A DNA stretch of 64,000 nt from Lama glama. Taxonomy: Eukaryota. Every line of letters begins with the position of its first letter. Position 1 is the first letter of the stretch. The notes below the pieces were generated by a model. The model searched no databases. It saw only the letters and a program-made list of their open reading frames with translations, and had not been told where the DNA came from. A program made the position numbers and the translations under genes. Positions 62,613 to 64,000 of this stretch are shown piece by piece. The stretch covers positions 18,416,001-18,480,000 of the forward strand of contig CM052818.1 in assembly GCA_028534125.1 (NCBI GenBank), given 5' to 3'.

Positions 62613-64000
62613 ATCATTAAATTGTTATCCTTATTCCTCCCCAAAACCCTTTCTTCCCTTTATATATGTTTTTAAAAGCATTCCTCAACATCTGACAGAC
62701 TATATTTTACATATCTTAAAAATCTTCTGTCTTATGAATGAATGAATGAATCTTTACAGCCCTAACTCCTCCCACTCACAACCTAGTTCTCAGCACAATG
62801 CCTGGCCAGGGGAGTCATGGTCCCCAACACTGCCAAAAAAAATCCTAAAGGGTTAGCCAAGCCTACTTTGTGTCTATGGGCTAAGACAAAGCCAGAGAAC
62901 CAAAAGCAAATCATAATCCAAGGACAGCTGTGAGTCAGAATAAGTGAATTGTGTCCAGGCAGTCTCTCAGAGCAAGCTGGTTCAGGAATGATTACCATCA
63001 GAAGCAAGGGTGCAGGACCATGGAAGCAGAATCAAGGAAGATTAAAGAAGCCAAGGACAATGAGTCAAAACAGGCCAGAAAGAGGGCAGTGTGAGAAAAT
63101 CACAGAAATGCTGGGCTTTGATATGTGCCTGATGATGAATTTCATGGGCAGACCAGAGTAGAGAAAGCTAACATTTGCTGAATAAATGAATAATCAGTGG
63201 AAAAGCTAAGAGATGGTCCCTAGCACCTAGTGGCTGGTCCTTTCTGGCTCCTCGATTGAAAAACCTTTCTGTGTGGGAGCTGTGACTCGCATCCCAAGAG
63301 GCACAGGGGCCATATCAGCACCAGCCTCTAATTAACATGAGCAAATGCAGAGGGCTGCAAGTGTTCTGAGCAAACTACTCATCCTTTTTTCCCACATCCA
63401 CAATAGATTCCTTTCACAGAACTGTTCTGTTTGATAAATGAAGTACAGCCTTTGAGCTCATGGTCTGTAGTTCTGGCCACAGCATGGAGCCAGGTCTCCT
63501 TTGTGGTTCCACTAAGCAAGTGCAAAGCAGAGTCAAAGACAAACCACTAATCCACCTGGAGAGAGCAGGCAAGCATATCGGGCAGCACTGGGGACGTCAA
63601 CCAAGCACAGGAAAACCAGACCTTGGGAAAAAACATTTTAAAACTGGCATCATCGACTTCAGAGAGTTATAACCTCAGGTGTATTCTGACTCTAGAAGTT
63701 GGGGAAAGGTTGGATAAGCATGCACAGGTGTAGCAGGATGCTCTCTACCTCTCCATGTTGCATTGGAAAGACAGGCACGGAGGGAAGGAACCAGAGCCAA
63801 GAAGTGGCCATTTGTTCCTCTCAAGCCTATTCATGGCATTCATTTCTCACTCTAGTCTGAGTGATTATTTTCTTAGAGTGGAACCAGGACTGAACTGGAT
63901 TGACAGGACCTTAGAAATGCTTTTTTTTTTAAAAAAAAAAAGGTGATTCATATTAGATGAGTACTATATGAACTCAGAGATTGAAACAATACAGATAGAG

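Noticed and set aside
1..64000. CRISPR arrays, operons, defence systems or other prokaryote-type systems
   Set aside because: The sequence is mammalian and repeat-rich; there is no regularly spaced repeat-spacer array and no gene-dense region.

Overview
Mammalian non-coding DNA (intergenic or deep intronic). It is most likely from a camelid, because it carries three copies of a tRNA-Ala-derived SINE matching the camelid vic-1 type. I found no recognisable protein-coding exon, functional RNA gene or CpG island. Every ORF with a recognisable product is a decayed retroelement fragment (LINE-1 ORF2, plus an ERV-L dUTPase remnant). The window is a mosaic of ancient repeats (many MIR and L2 fragments, MaLR MLT1 and ERVL LTRs, MER5/MER33/MER91 DNA transposons) and younger lineage-specific insertions (L1, SINEs, one ERV1-type solo LTR with intact target-site duplication, TSD). 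There is also a 501-N assembly gap. The most informative structures are: a three-level SINE-in-L1-in-L1 nest; a twin-primed inverted L1; two L1 3' ends inserted at the homologous position of another L1 3' end; and four repeat-free islands with homotypic transcription-factor motif clusters (PBX/HOX/CDX, TAATTA homeodomain, GATA, SOX/NFI/E-box) that are candidate developmental enhancers. I do not see evidence for a new multi-gene biological system. Repeat subfamily names come from remembered consensus sequences and need RepeatMasker/Dfam confirmation. Boundaries of old repeats are approximate.
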